The position numbers were made by a program, and so were the translations under genes. Under the pieces are notes generated by a model. That model did not search any database. It saw only the letters and a list, made by a program, of their open reading frames with translations, and was not told where the DNA came from. From IMG/VR virus record IMGVR_UViG_3300036716_001108: a stretch of 64,000 nucleotides of DNA; one strand, written 5' to 3'. Origin of the DNA: an uncultured virus (IMG/VR IMGVR_UViG_3300036716_001108) (lineage: Duplodnaviria > Heunggongvirae > Uroviricota > Caudoviricetes). Positions 49,786 to 59,907 of the stretch are shown piece by piece (position 1 is the stretch's first letter; the number at the start of each line of letters is the position of its first letter).

Positions 49786-49844
49786 AACCGTTTGTTCCTT
49801 GTATTATTGTTCCTATATATACATATATATAAGATTGTTCAAAA

Positions 49845-52343
49845 TCAAAAAAATCTTTCAATAGATTGTTGTTTGTCAACTACTGCTTCCCAACCCATAC
49901 TTTCATAGAACATACCAAGTTTTTTACTCATAGCCTGCTCGAACATTCTACTACTATCTATCTTATTTTTGATTAAATCTAAAATTTCTTTTGGGTCTTC
50001 ATACCCCTTATAAGCTATGGTATCAAATCCAAACTCATTATCTTTTAAATAAACCCATCGTATCTTTGTTCCGTTGGATATCTTTTCATATTTTCTACCC
50101 TCGTACCAATAATCTAATAATGAATTGTAATTTATAGCCGCCTTAACATGAACAGGAGCACCTTTCTTGTATTTAGCAAATGAACTCTCTTCATCTCTTT
50201 CAATATACTTACCAATACCCTTTACACCGATAGGATTTGCCATTACATCATAAGATAGATTGTGCATATTTCTTTTGAATATTGATATTCTCTCATCAAT
50301 TTTTTCTTTTGGTACTTTTGCCAATATATCTTCTAAAACTTTACTTAATAAGTCTTTCATAGCTACTGCAAAATTACTACGAACTGTATCTAATCCTTTT
50401 ACTTGTATCTTATTCACTTTTCTACCAGCATCATTAATAATATTTAATCCATATCTTTTCTTAACAATAAACAATGCTGTTTTAGCAATAACTTCTTGTT
50501 TGATATCAAACTCGTGTTTATCAACATTAAGAAACTTCTTAGAAAAGAAATCATAACTTTGATTCAAATAGTCTTGTACTTCACCACACACTTCCATAAT
50601 TCGTTGTGTCATCATTGTTTCAGATAGTTTCTCATTTGGAAATCTATGTTCAATCAATGGTACTGCGGATGCGAAAATAGAATCTGTATCAATATAGATA
50701 ACATAATCCTTATCTGTACCTAACTCTTTATTATAAAAGTGGTTAGTAATCTTCTTACTGAACTTAATCAATGATTGACCTGTAAGTGTGGTTGCTTCAG
50801 CATTATCAATATCATAAAATCTAAATACTGGTAAACCCAATACACCATATAATGAGTTTAATAGAATCTTCTGTAGATATTGTCGTCTATCAAAGTATTC
50901 TTGTTTTTTAGTATCACCTTGTTCATGAAACTTCTTTACAAGTTTTCTCATCTCTACTCGTTCATTAAACCACTTTGTTAATAGTGCTGGAATCAATCCT
51001 TGTCTATCTGTACGATACATTATACCATTACTTGATATACTTATTTTTTGACTTTCTAAATAATCTTTTAATTCTATTTCAGATAATTTACCAACCTCTT
51101 TTCCATTCCTATTTTTAACTTGATATGTTTGTTTATGAGATTTTTTTATATAATTATTTGCATCCCACTCTTCAACCTTACCAATCTTGGTTTCTGGTGA
51201 AATGTTTAAACTACGAATAACACTTGGATACATTGATGTAATATCTAAATCAAATACCCACTCGTGTCTACCTCGTTGTGGTGATTGTACATAAGCACCT
51301 GCAAATTTATCTTCAATCTTTTTAGGTCTTGGTGGTTTATTGGGTGCCACCACACCAATCTTTTTCAGATATACTAAGATAGCTCCCTCTAAATATCTTG
51401 AACTCATAAACACATCTTCATATGGTACATGACCAATATGAGCTATACCACGAGCAATATCAATGAAATCCAATTTTTCATCTAATTCCACGAGTATTTG
51501 AACATCTCGAATATTATAATTTACAAACTTCTGTAAATCTTTATCATATAAATCATTAAGAGTTCCTTCATATTCAATTTTTTTCATACCAACTTCTTTT
51601 TCACCAATGTAATCTAAACGATAACTTGATTGTTGGATGGGTGAGAACTTTCTATATAAATGTAAATAATCCATTTGATTAACACCAGCAATAGTATACT
51701 TTTTCTTGTATTCACTATAAAAAATTTGTCCAATTGGTGATAACATAGTTGCTACATCTTTACCCAATACTCTTACTGAACGATTATATAAATAAGGAAT
51801 ATCAAAACTATCACTATTCCACCCACTTAATATTGTTGGTTGTATTTCCGAATATTTTCTATAAAATGAAGTTAACATTTCATACTCTGTAATATAAAAC
51901 TCAACTATCTGATTATCTTTTGTATAATTCTGAATTTGTTTTTTCTCATCCAACACATACGCAAAATATGTCTTAGTTATCTCGTCATATAATGAAATTG
52001 AAGTTATTTTATTTGGAGCTTTCATTGGATCAGGAAATCCCTCTGTAACCTCTACCTCAATATCAAAAAATACTTTTCTATTTCCAATGGATGGTTCATC
52101 TGAATCCATATATTGGTCAACTAAAAATCTTGTAGTTTGTGGTACATCACTTTCGTGTAAACCAGGAGTGTTATCTTCCCATTGGAAAATCTTTTTAACT
52201 TTATCACCATCAAGTGTAAAGTGTTGTCCTGTTGAATTTTTTATATAAGCGTATTTTTTATATGGGATTACTAAATAACCCCTTTTATCATCCCACAGAT
52301 GAATTTTCTGCTTTCTCATTTCAAAATATATTGATTGATACAA
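49845..52343 (-). CDS. Family B DNA polymerase (gp43-like)
   Basis: FDIEV, GWNSDSFDIPY, DITSMYPS, QKILLNSLYG, YIDTDS, KKRY. Confidence 0.97.
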   Translation of the reverse strand: MYQSIYFEMRKQKIHLWDDKRGYLVIPYKKYAYIKNSTGQHFTLDGDKVKKIFQWEDNTPGLHESDVPQTTRFLVDQYMDSDEPSIGNRKVFFDIEVEVTEGFPDPMKAPNKITSISLYDEITKTYFAYVLDEKKQIQNYTKDNQIVEFYITEYEMLTSFYRKYSEIQPTILSGWNSDSFDIPYLYNRSVRVLGKDVATMLSPIGQIFYSEYKKKYTIAGVNQMDYLHLYRKFSPIQQSSYRLDYIGEKEVGMKKIEYEGTLNDLYDKDLQKFVNYNIRDVQILVELDEKLDFIDIARGIAHIGHVPYEDVFMSSRYLEGAILVYLKKIGVVAPNKPPRPKKIEDKFAGAYVQSPQRGRHEWVFDLDITSMYPSVIRSLNISPETKIGKVEEWDANNYIKKSHKQTYQVKNRNGKEVGKLSEIELKDYLESQKISISSNGIMYRTDRQGLIPALLTKWFNERVEMRKLVKKFHEQGDTKKQEYFDRRQYLQKILLNSLYGVLGLPVFRFYDIDNAEATTLTGQSLIKFSKKITNHFYNKELGTDKDYVIYIDTDSIFASAVPLIEHRFPNEKLSETMMTQRIMEVCGEVQDYLNQSYDFFSKKFLNVDKHEFDIKQEVIAKTALFIVKKRYGLNIINDAGRKVNKIQVKGLDTVRSNFAVAMKDLLSKVLEDILAKVPKEKIDERISIFKRNMHNLSYDVMANPIGVKGIGKYIERDEESSFAKYKKGAPVHVKAAINYNSLLDYWYEGRKYEKISNGTKIRWVYLKDNEFGFDTIAYKGYEDPKEILDLIKNKIDSSRMFEQAMSKKLGMFYESMGWEAVVDKQQSIERFF

Positions 52344-52372
52344 CTATGTAATTCTCCAATTTAATGTCTCTT

Positions 52373-52401
52373 AATATAACACTTTTTTTTATAATAGTCA
52401 A
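52373..52401 (-). promoter_or_regulatory. Phage promoter TTGACT-N17-TATATT upstream of polB
   Basis: Repeated motif variant. Confidence 0.7.
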
Positions 52402-52404
52402 GCC

Positions 52405-53397
52405 TTATTTACAAATAGTTTCAACTAATTTTTGTGAAACAATATAAGGATCACAGTTTGATGATGGTCTTCTATCTTCTAAATAACCACATTTATCTTT
52501 ATCTACTTGCCAAGGAATACGAATGGATGCTCCTCTATCTGAAACTCCCCAACTGAATGTATCTATTGCTTGAGTTTCGTGTAGTCCTGTTAATCGTCTT
52601 TCGTTTCCTTTTCCATAAACTTCCATATGTTCTTTATGAACCTTTTCTAAATCCATACAAGCTTTAAATATAAATTCATCTCCACCATGTCCTCTCGTAT
52701 ACTTGGTAGAAAAATTGGTATGACAACCTGCACCATTCCAATCACCTTCTATTGGTTTTGGATCCAATGAAACTGATAAATTATTCTGTTCACAAATTCT
52801 TTCCATTAACCAACGAGCAACCCATAAATCATCACTCATATGAATTGAACCACCTTCACCGATTTGGTATTCCCATTGCCCTAACATCACTTCTGCGTTT
52901 GTTCCACATATATTCACCCCTGCATAAATACAAGAGTCCGTATGTTCTTTCATAATGTTTTCACCAATGTTTCTACCACAATAGTAATCACCTTGTGGTG
53001 GTGGTTCTCCTACTTCTGGCCATCCATATGGTTTATTGTTTTCATATAAGGTATATTCTTGTTCAAAACCTACCCATTCATCAATATCATCTTCTATATC
53101 TATAATGGTTTCTTCTAACATTCTTCTTGTATTTGTTGGGTGTGGTGTATCATCTACATTCCACACTTCACATAAAACTATTGAACCATTGTCGAAAGCT
53201 TCCAATGGATTTTTATAAACTCTTACTGGTTTCAACACACAATCAGAATTATGTCCTTCTGCTTGATTTGTAGAACTACCATCGAATCCCCATATTGGAG
53301 CTTCTTCATTTTTACCGATTTCTTTTACTATTTTTGTCTTACTTCTAATCTGTGTTGGACTACTACCATCCAACCAAAGATATTCTAATTTATGCAT
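52405..53397 (-). CDS. glnII: Glutamine synthetase type II
   Basis: 330 aa; WGFDGSST.QA, GFEQEY, NAEVMLGQWEYQ, GDWNGAGCHTNFST, RLTGLHET, GYLEDRRP. Confidence 0.92.
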   Translation of the reverse strand: MHKLEYLWLDGSSPTQIRSKTKIVKEIGKNEEAPIWGFDGSSTNQAEGHNSDCVLKPVRVYKNPLEAFDNGSIVLCEVWNVDDTPHPTNTRRMLEETIIDIEDDIDEWVGFEQEYTLYENNKPYGWPEVGEPPPQGDYYCGRNIGENIMKEHTDSCIYAGVNICGTNAEVMLGQWEYQIGEGGSIHMSDDLWVARWLMERICEQNNLSVSLDPKPIEGDWNGAGCHTNFSTKYTRGHGGDEFIFKACMDLEKVHKEHMEVYGKGNERRLTGLHETQAIDTFSWGVSDRGASIRIPWQVDKDKCGYLEDRRPSSNCDPYIVSQKLVETICK

Positions 53398-53422
53398 TTT
53401 AAGTTCTCCGAACTTAATAAAG

Positions 53423-53470
53423 TGGGGAGCAAGATAACTTAGTTAAGCTTACTTATCACCAAGCCCCCCA
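53423..53470 (-). terminator. Intrinsic-terminator-like hairpin after the TonB receptor gene
   Basis: UGGGGGGC/GCUCCCCA stem (G-U pair works only on minus strand), inner GAUAA/UUAUC, followed by CUUUAUU. Confidence 0.55.
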
Positions 53471-53481
53471 AACTCTACTTT

Positions 53482-56289
53482 TTAGAAATTAACACTTAAC
53501 CCTAAGTTAAAGTATCTTGGTGTACCAAGAAATACTTCAGCATTATGTGCTGAGTGAGTTTTACTCCCATAGCTATTGTATTGACTATGATCTACTGCAT
53601 CTTGTACATATGTTTCGTCTAATGCGTTAAACACATGAGCAAATAAAGATATGTCATATCCACTAACTGGTAGTTGATATGAAGCATGTAAGTCCACCTT
53701 TGAATAAGATGGTGCTTCCCATACTTGTTCTCTGTCTGCATCTTCATCTGAACCATCGTATTCACGAGAATCAGGACTCCAATCACTATAGTTCTTATCA
53801 TAAGAATTCCATAGTGCTGAAATTACTAATCCCTTTACAGGAAAAATGGTTGCACCAAGTGCATATGAAGTCTGTGGCATATCACCAACATTCAACCCGT
53901 CAAGGGCGTATTGATAATCTGTAGTGGTTAAACCAGTTACATTACCGTTTTCATCATATTCATTTGATTGATACTTTCCATGAGCATCACCATCAAACTT
54001 CCAAGTACCAAGACTTACTGCTGCATCTAAACGAACCAATTTATGTAGTTGTGTAGAAGCTTCAATCTCAAGTCCTTGATGTTTTTGTTGAATACCTGTT
54101 AAGAAAATGACATCAGTATCACCTGAATCACCTTGTCCTGTGGTTACTGCTTTAGTAAGGTTTCTGTCTTTCCAATCTGTATTGTAAACATTTGCCTTAA
54201 CAGCAAATCTTTCAGATTCGAAATTGACACCAGCTTCTGAACTAATGAAACTTTCATTATTTGGATCAGAAGCAACCGTACCATCAAAGTAAATCACATT
54301 ATCCATGATAGGTGGTTTTTCAACATATCCAATGTTAGCAAAAAGACTAACATTATCATCTATGTCGTACATTGCTCCACCTTTGAACTGAGCAGCATAG
54401 ATAGCATCAGCTTCTATTACTTTATCAGCAACTGAAAAGTGGTCTTGGTAAGAATATTTAATACTTGATAATCCACCCATACCATATAGATTTAGATTAT
54501 CTTTACTATAATTACCTTGTACAAATCCACCCAACCAATCAACGGTAGTTTCATTGTGATAAGCGATTATATCACCTAACCCAACTCTTTTACCATCTGG
54601 TGCGTTATCATCAGCAAAATCCAAATAATAATCTCCACCTAATAAATCACGAACTTCTCGTGCGTGTTCTATACCTGCGGTTCTCCAATCAATACCTACT
54701 TGTAACTTAAACTCATCACTAATATCGTAATTAAGTTTAGAAATTACACCATAAGTATTTTGACGATTGATACTATTACGAAGAATACCAACTGATTGAT
54801 TATTATCAACACCATGTGTTCGTGTAAGAGCTTTCTTATCAACATATACTACTGAATCATCTCCAGAATTATATGCTATAAGACTATTCCAATCACGAGT
54901 CCAGGGACCACGACCATAATAAAATTTATAGTCATCATCACCAAGATTACCATCAGCATCAAATGTAGGAATCTTACCATAAGTTCCTGTTCCACCACCA
55001 GAACCACCTGACCAATAAAAGACTGAACTTAAACTTGTCTTATCATCTATTGTCCAAAAATGATTTAGATTTACTAATGGTTTGTGAAAGTAGTTTTCTC
55101 TTTCGTTTAGATAATCACTTGCGTGTCTATCTTGTAGTCCACTATCAAAAAGTCCACCTACACCATACATATACCAGTATTGTTTACCTTTATATGATGG
55201 GTCAACTGGTGACCAGTTTTGATTAAACTTATGTCCTACATCTGCGAACTTACCATCTTCACCAAGTGCTTCAGTATCATATCCATCTACACTTGCAGCA
55301 AAATCAGCGTCATAAGCACCGATATTCTGTTTGTATAGATTTTGTCCATGTCGCTGTGGAGCACCGATTGCATATAATTCCAATCGATGGTCAGCATTTA
55401 CTTGATAACTTGAACCAAAATAATATGCCCAAGCGTCTGTCCATGTCTTGTCAATGACACCATCACCTGTTTTACGAACTACAGTACCACTTAGGGCGAA
55501 TTTATCACCAATAAGTCCTGAATTGTAATTCAATGTGGTTTTCAGAAAACCCCCTGCACCACCTTCCTGTTTAAACTTACCACCTTTTGAAGCGGAAGCA
55601 GGATTTGTGATTATGTTCATCGTACCACCAATTGAGGGGGCAGCCAAGTTAACGGCACTTAATCCACGCTGCATCTGGATAGATTGAGCTGCATCTGCAA
55701 CTCCATCCCAGTTAGACCAATAGACCCAACCGTTTTCCATATCGTTTTGTGGAACTCCGTTTATCATTACTGCTACATTCCTCTGATTAAACCCGCGAAC
55801 ATTGATACGGGCATCACCCGCACCCCCACCTTGTTGCGTAGCATATACACTTGGTGTAGTATTTAAAGACATTGGTAAGTCTTGTGAACCAAGACGAAAT
55901 TCAATTTCTTCTTTACTAACTGTAGTATAAGCAACAGGTGTTTTATCATCAGCCCTTGAAGCTAAAACTTCAAGTGCAGACATCTCAAGTGCAGATATTA
56001 AAAGTGAGAAGTCTACGGTACTAGCCGTTCCCTCTACCACTTCAACCTCTACTGTATGAGATGCATATCCAATTGAAGAAGCTTTAATTGTATAAGTTCC
56101 TGCCCCTAAATCAATAGAGTAAGCTCCATCTGCATCAGCAGATGTACCTAAATCAGTTCCTTGTACTACAATATCAGCCCCAATCAATGGGTTCTTTTCT
56201 GTATCTGTAACTGTTCCGACTACCTGCCCATATAAGAACATTGGCATCATCATTGTTAAAAATACAGATATTAGATTATTTTTTTTCAT
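53482..56289 (-). CDS. TonB-dependent outer-membrane receptor with N-terminal carboxypeptidase-regulatory-like domain
   Basis: Signal peptide; GTVTD..PLIGA; plug RINVRGF..VMINGVP; C-terminal PRYFNLGLSVNF. Confidence 0.92.
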   Translation of the reverse strand: MKKNNLISVFLTMMMPMFLYGQVVGTVTDTEKNPLIGADIVVQGTDLGTSADADGAYSIDLGAGTYTIKASSIGYASHTVEVEVVEGTASTVDFSLLISALEMSALEVLASRADDKTPVAYTTVSKEEIEFRLGSQDLPMSLNTTPSVYATQQGGGAGDARINVRGFNQRNVAVMINGVPQNDMENGWVYWSNWDGVADAAQSIQMQRGLSAVNLAAPSIGGTMNIITNPASASKGGKFKQEGGAGGFLKTTLNYNSGLIGDKFALSGTVVRKTGDGVIDKTWTDAWAYYFGSSYQVNADHRLELYAIGAPQRHGQNLYKQNIGAYDADFAASVDGYDTEALGEDGKFADVGHKFNQNWSPVDPSYKGKQYWYMYGVGGLFDSGLQDRHASDYLNERENYFHKPLVNLNHFWTIDDKTSLSSVFYWSGGSGGGTGTYGKIPTFDADGNLGDDDYKFYYGRGPWTRDWNSLIAYNSGDDSVVYVDKKALTRTHGVDNNQSVGILRNSINRQNTYGVISKLNYDISDEFKLQVGIDWRTAGIEHAREVRDLLGGDYYLDFADDNAPDGKRVGLGDIIAYHNETTVDWLGGFVQGNYSKDNLNLYGMGGLSSIKYSYQDHFSVADKVIEADAIYAAQFKGGAMYDIDDNVSLFANIGYVEKPPIMDNVIYFDGTVASDPNNESFISSEAGVNFESERFAVKANVYNTDWKDRNLTKAVTTGQGDSGDTDVIFLTGIQQKHQGLEIEASTQLHKLVRLDAAVSLGTWKFDGDAHGKYQSNEYDENGNVTGLTTTDYQYALDGLNVGDMPQTSYALGATIFPVKGLVISALWNSYDKNYSDWSPDSREYDGSDEDADREQVWEAPSYSKVDLHASYQLPVSGYDISLFAHVFNALDETYVQDAVDHSQYNSYGSKTHSAHNAEVFLGTPRYFNLGLSVNF

Positions 56290-56317
56290 TTATAATCTCC
56301 TCTGTTTGTTTGTTTGA

Positions 56318-56351
56318 GACGCATTTTTTCATAGGTGCGTCAACTGCCTAT
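56318..56351 (-). promoter_or_regulatory. H-type RNA pseudoknot in the receptor 5' leader
   Basis: AUAGG-CAGUU-GACGCA-CCUAU-GAAAAAA-UGCGUC; both stems fully Watson-Crick. Confidence 0.65.
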
Positions 56352-56367
56352 TCGGGTATGTGAAATC

Positions 56368-58377
56368 TTAGTTTGCATAATCTTGATCATCGTTATCTCC
56401 ACTTAATGGTTGAATCTCGCATGAATCATTATTGCAAAATTTATCTATTTCAGCCTCTTCATTTTTAATTACACCAAATGAAAGAGGTTTTAATTTTTTT
56501 AATTGTTTATTATAAGTTTTCTCATCTATTGCTTCATATGGCATTTGTTTGTAAGCTCCATAATCATGTCTTGGTAATAATGAAATTCCTTTTAATCTAT
56601 ATTGAAAATAATTCAATACATATGGTAGTTCTTCAGCTTCTGTTTCAGGATTGAATGTTGCCGTACAACTAACTTGGTTATCTGCCCAATGTCGTTGTAA
56701 GAATGCGGCTAAACTGAATTGTTCCCAAATCGAAAGTTCAGCCGCAGTTCTTATACCTTCACCAACATCTACTGGAACATCTACAACCATAGTTGTATTC
56801 TCCGAACCAAATGCTGGCTCTAACTTATAACCTGCTTTTTTCAATGGTTCTATTAATTCAGATTGATTTGATAATCTTACTCTCCGAATATAGAAACGAC
56901 TTTCGGGATAATGTAATCCTGGAGTTGCTCCTGCTAATAATGAAACCGTTCCACTTGGTTTTACACTTGTGGTTTTAATTGATTTTGGTATGGCGAACCA
57001 ATCAGAATATAATTTATCCCATTCTTGTATAACATCATATCCATCTTCTAACCAAGTTTTTAATTTATCTAATCCATGATTAGTAATGAATTGTGCAACT
57101 CCACTAACACTACATCCAATTCTTCTATTTCTCAACATAACTCTATTTGTATCACTCCAATGAGTTCTACCAAGTGTTACCGTTTTAGCATACAGATAAG
57201 CATATTTAAGTGTTCTTTGATAGTCCTCTAATGAGTCGTGATTGTTTGGAAATGTTTCTACTAAACAACATAACTCATAACTTTCTAATGATTGTTCTAA
57301 ACAAGGATTTCCACCTGCAACTCTATGGTCTTTATTATCTCCACCATTTTGCATACGAGAAAATTTCCTCATATTTTCTAACCAAGCTAAACCAGGTTCT
57401 CCATTATCTACGATTCGTTTTGAAACTTCTGTATAATCCATACCAAGTTCTGCAAATATACTATTGTTTGAAGTCCACCCATATTGTTCTCTGTCTGGAT
57501 TAACTTTATAATTTTTTAAATCTAAATATTCATCATCATGGGGATCACCGAACACAATCTCTGCTGTTCGTCTTACATTCCCTGCTACGACACATTTACC
57601 AATTAGGTTCATTATATCCACAATTGTAGTTACGGTAATTAGTTCTCCACTATTCTTTTCTAATACTTTTCTTATATCTTCGTGAACTTCTTCTAATGGG
57701 TCTGGACCACTTGAAACACCGCCAAATCCTTTGATTGGTTCTCCTAATGCTCTAATCTTTGTATAATCAAACTCTACTGGGTGTGAACCATGAAAATAAC
57801 TTTCTAATAATAACCTTAACGAATCTACCCAACCTTCTCTTGTGTCTGGAATCTGAAATATTGTTGAATCCCTATCTTTATCTATACCTTTAACAAGTAT
57901 TTCACCAGCACCCTTACAGTCAAATCCAACACCAACACCTAACATACTTGCATCCATTAGAAAACAGAATGGTTTTGAGTAATCTTCTTTAAGTGTTTTA
58001 GTAGATACGAATGCACAATTATTTAGAGCTGCATATAATTTCTTTTCTTCTGTGATTGCTGTTCCCATTGCCCATAAACCACGACCAGGTGGTAAAAATT
58101 TCATATTGAATATTCTATCATACATATCTTGTGCAGATTTCTGTGCTTGCCACGGATTCCAACCTAATTGATGAGAATTAATCCAATTCCATTGCATTGA
58201 ATATGTTCCCTCTACAACTCTTTGGACGGTTTCCCACCATCTCTCATTTTTTCCATTCTCTTTTATACGGGAATAGGTTCTCATATAAACCAACTCACCT
58301 AAGCCATTAAAACCAAAAGGCGGTTTCTTTCTTTTATACTTATTAATAAAATTTTCTGATAACTTAAACTTTTCCAC
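56368..58377 (-). CDS. nrdJ: Class II adenosylcobalamin-dependent ribonucleoside-triphosphate reductase (monomeric type)
   Basis: PPGRGLW, LNNCAF, GNVRRTA, NPCLEQ..ELCCLVE, TTSVKPSGTVS, C-terminal FCNNDSC. Confidence 0.95.
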   Translation of the reverse strand: MEKFKLSENFINKYKRKKPPFGFNGLGELVYMRTYSRIKENGKNERWWETVQRVVEGTYSMQWNWINSHQLGWNPWQAQKSAQDMYDRIFNMKFLPPGRGLWAMGTAITEEKKLYAALNNCAFVSTKTLKEDYSKPFCFLMDASMLGVGVGFDCKGAGEILVKGIDKDRDSTIFQIPDTREGWVDSLRLLLESYFHGSHPVEFDYTKIRALGEPIKGFGGVSSGPDPLEEVHEDIRKVLEKNSGELITVTTIVDIMNLIGKCVVAGNVRRTAEIVFGDPHDDEYLDLKNYKVNPDREQYGWTSNNSIFAELGMDYTEVSKRIVDNGEPGLAWLENMRKFSRMQNGGDNKDHRVAGGNPCLEQSLESYELCCLVETFPNNHDSLEDYQRTLKYAYLYAKTVTLGRTHWSDTNRVMLRNRRIGCSVSGVAQFITNHGLDKLKTWLEDGYDVIQEWDKLYSDWFAIPKSIKTTSVKPSGTVSLLAGATPGLHYPESRFYIRRVRLSNQSELIEPLKKAGYKLEPAFGSENTTMVVDVPVDVGEGIRTAAELSIWEQFSLAAFLQRHWADNQVSCTATFNPETEAEELPYVLNYFQYRLKGISLLPRHDYGAYKQMPYEAIDEKTYNKQLKKLKPLSFGVIKNEEAEIDKFCNNDSCEIQPLSGDNDDQDYAN

Positions 58378-58533
58378 TACAACTCCTATTTCTACCTGTT
58401 AACAACTCGTTTATCTACTTCCTAATATACCTATAATATATATAATATTTTAAACACTATATATACAGTTTTTTAGAAGTTTAAAAAACTTTTTCTTTGA
58501 AGTTTTAAAAAGTGAACACCAAGTGTGTACTTT

Positions 58534-59907
58534 TTATTCAAATCCTTCTCCGTCAAAATCTTTCTTCTTCTGTGCTAATGTTTTTCTAATATATTCATCA
58601 GCATTATTCATCTTTCCTTGTACTTCTTTACCACCCTGTGTATTAGTTTCATAGATTTGTATGTAACCTGTATTAGTATTAATGGTTGCTGGAAATGTAA
58701 TTCCATCTGGACCAAATCTATTTTTAATCACATGGAATCTACCTGTATTTGCTATCTTATCTTCCACTTTTCTACTCATACTCATTACAAAATCTGCAGT
58801 CATAACCTTAGAGTAATCTTCTGATACTTTACTAGCATCAATTACATCTTCTTCTAATGATGAACGATTTGCTTGTGAAGCTGTCCATATCGGTATATCA
58901 AACTCACCTGCCATACCTCTTAACTCTTCATATACATGCCCAATCTGATGTCTTTTTTCTGTGAAGTTAGATGTTGATTTCATAATATCAGCGTAATCCA
59001 CAATAACCAAATCTGGTTTTATTCCTTGTAATTCACATTGTTGTAAATGTGCAAATATTGTGTTTACACTTGCTGTTCTCGTTGGATAATATTTGATAAT
59101 AAGATTTCCCTTTAACTTATCAATTGCTCTCTGTACATCATCCTTGTAGTACTGAAGATTTCCTGTAGGTTGTCCACTTATAATACAATCATATCGTAAC
59201 CCAACATAAGCCGCATTTAACTCCAATGTATAATGAATTACCGTTAATCCTTTTTTCATAGCATGTGTACCGATTGCCTGTAGTGTCCATGATTTACCAA
59301 TCCCTGCTGGAGCAACTATCACTCCAAGTTCTCCACCACCTAAACCACCATCCATTAAATCATTAACACTATCCCATGCAGTTGGTTGAGTATCTCTTGC
59401 TTGTTTTGTCATTCTTTCTTCAAACCCAGTAATGTATTCGTGTCCGATATCTCTTTCCATACCAGCAGTCATTGCTTTATCTATAATTCCCTTTATATCG
59501 TCATATTGTTGAGTTTCCAATAATTCAACTGATTGCATGATTGCATTTTTCATTATTTGGTTCTTACAAAACTCTAATGTTTTCTCTTTAACAAATTCTA
59601 AATCTGGGTCTTCTCTATGTTGCCAAGCACCTCTCAATGAATCTACAATTGCTACCTTTAATACATCATTTTCTACATCATCAACCATTATTTTTATTGA
59701 TTCCATCGTTGGTTGTGTTTTATATTTAACAAAATAATCCTTAATTGATTTAACTAAAAATTTATTTGAATCTGTATCAAAATAACTTACTTCAAGAATA
59801 TCAATAATTTGTTTTACAAACTTTACATCAGTTAATAAACTTGAAATAATTTTACTCTGAAAGGAAGTTCCGTATTTTATTAATGATTCACTCATGGTGT
59901 TGCCCAT
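58534..59907 (-). CDS. Replicative DNA helicase (DnaB/gp41-like)
   Basis: APAGIGKS, TLEL, VDYAD, WTASQANR, KNRFG. Confidence 0.93.
   Translation of the reverse strand: MGNTMSESLIKYGTSFQSKIISSLLTDVKFVKQIIDILEVSYFDTDSNKFLVKSIKDYFVKYKTQPTMESIKIMVDDVENDVLKVAIVDSLRGAWQHREDPDLEFVKEKTLEFCKNQIMKNAIMQSVELLETQQYDDIKGIIDKAMTAGMERDIGHEYITGFEERMTKQARDTQPTAWDSVNDLMDGGLGGGELGVIVAPAGIGKSWTLQAIGTHAMKKGLTVIHYTLELNAAYVGLRYDCIISGQPTGNLQYYKDDVQRAIDKLKGNLIIKYYPTRTASVNTIFAHLQQCELQGIKPDLVIVDYADIMKSTSNFTEKRHQIGHVYEELRGMAGEFDIPIWTASQANRSSLEEDVIDASKVSEDYSKVMTADFVMSMSRKVEDKIANTGRFHVIKNRFGPDGITFPATINTNTGYIQIYETNTQGGKEVQGKMNNADEYIRKTLAQKKKDFDGEGFE

Noticed and set aside
56290..56367. Cobalamin riboswitch upstream of the receptor
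   Set aside because: Region too short and no B12-box or recognisable core
49845..58377. Inteins or introns in polB or nrdJ
   Set aside because: Both are uninterrupted and of normal length with contiguous motifs
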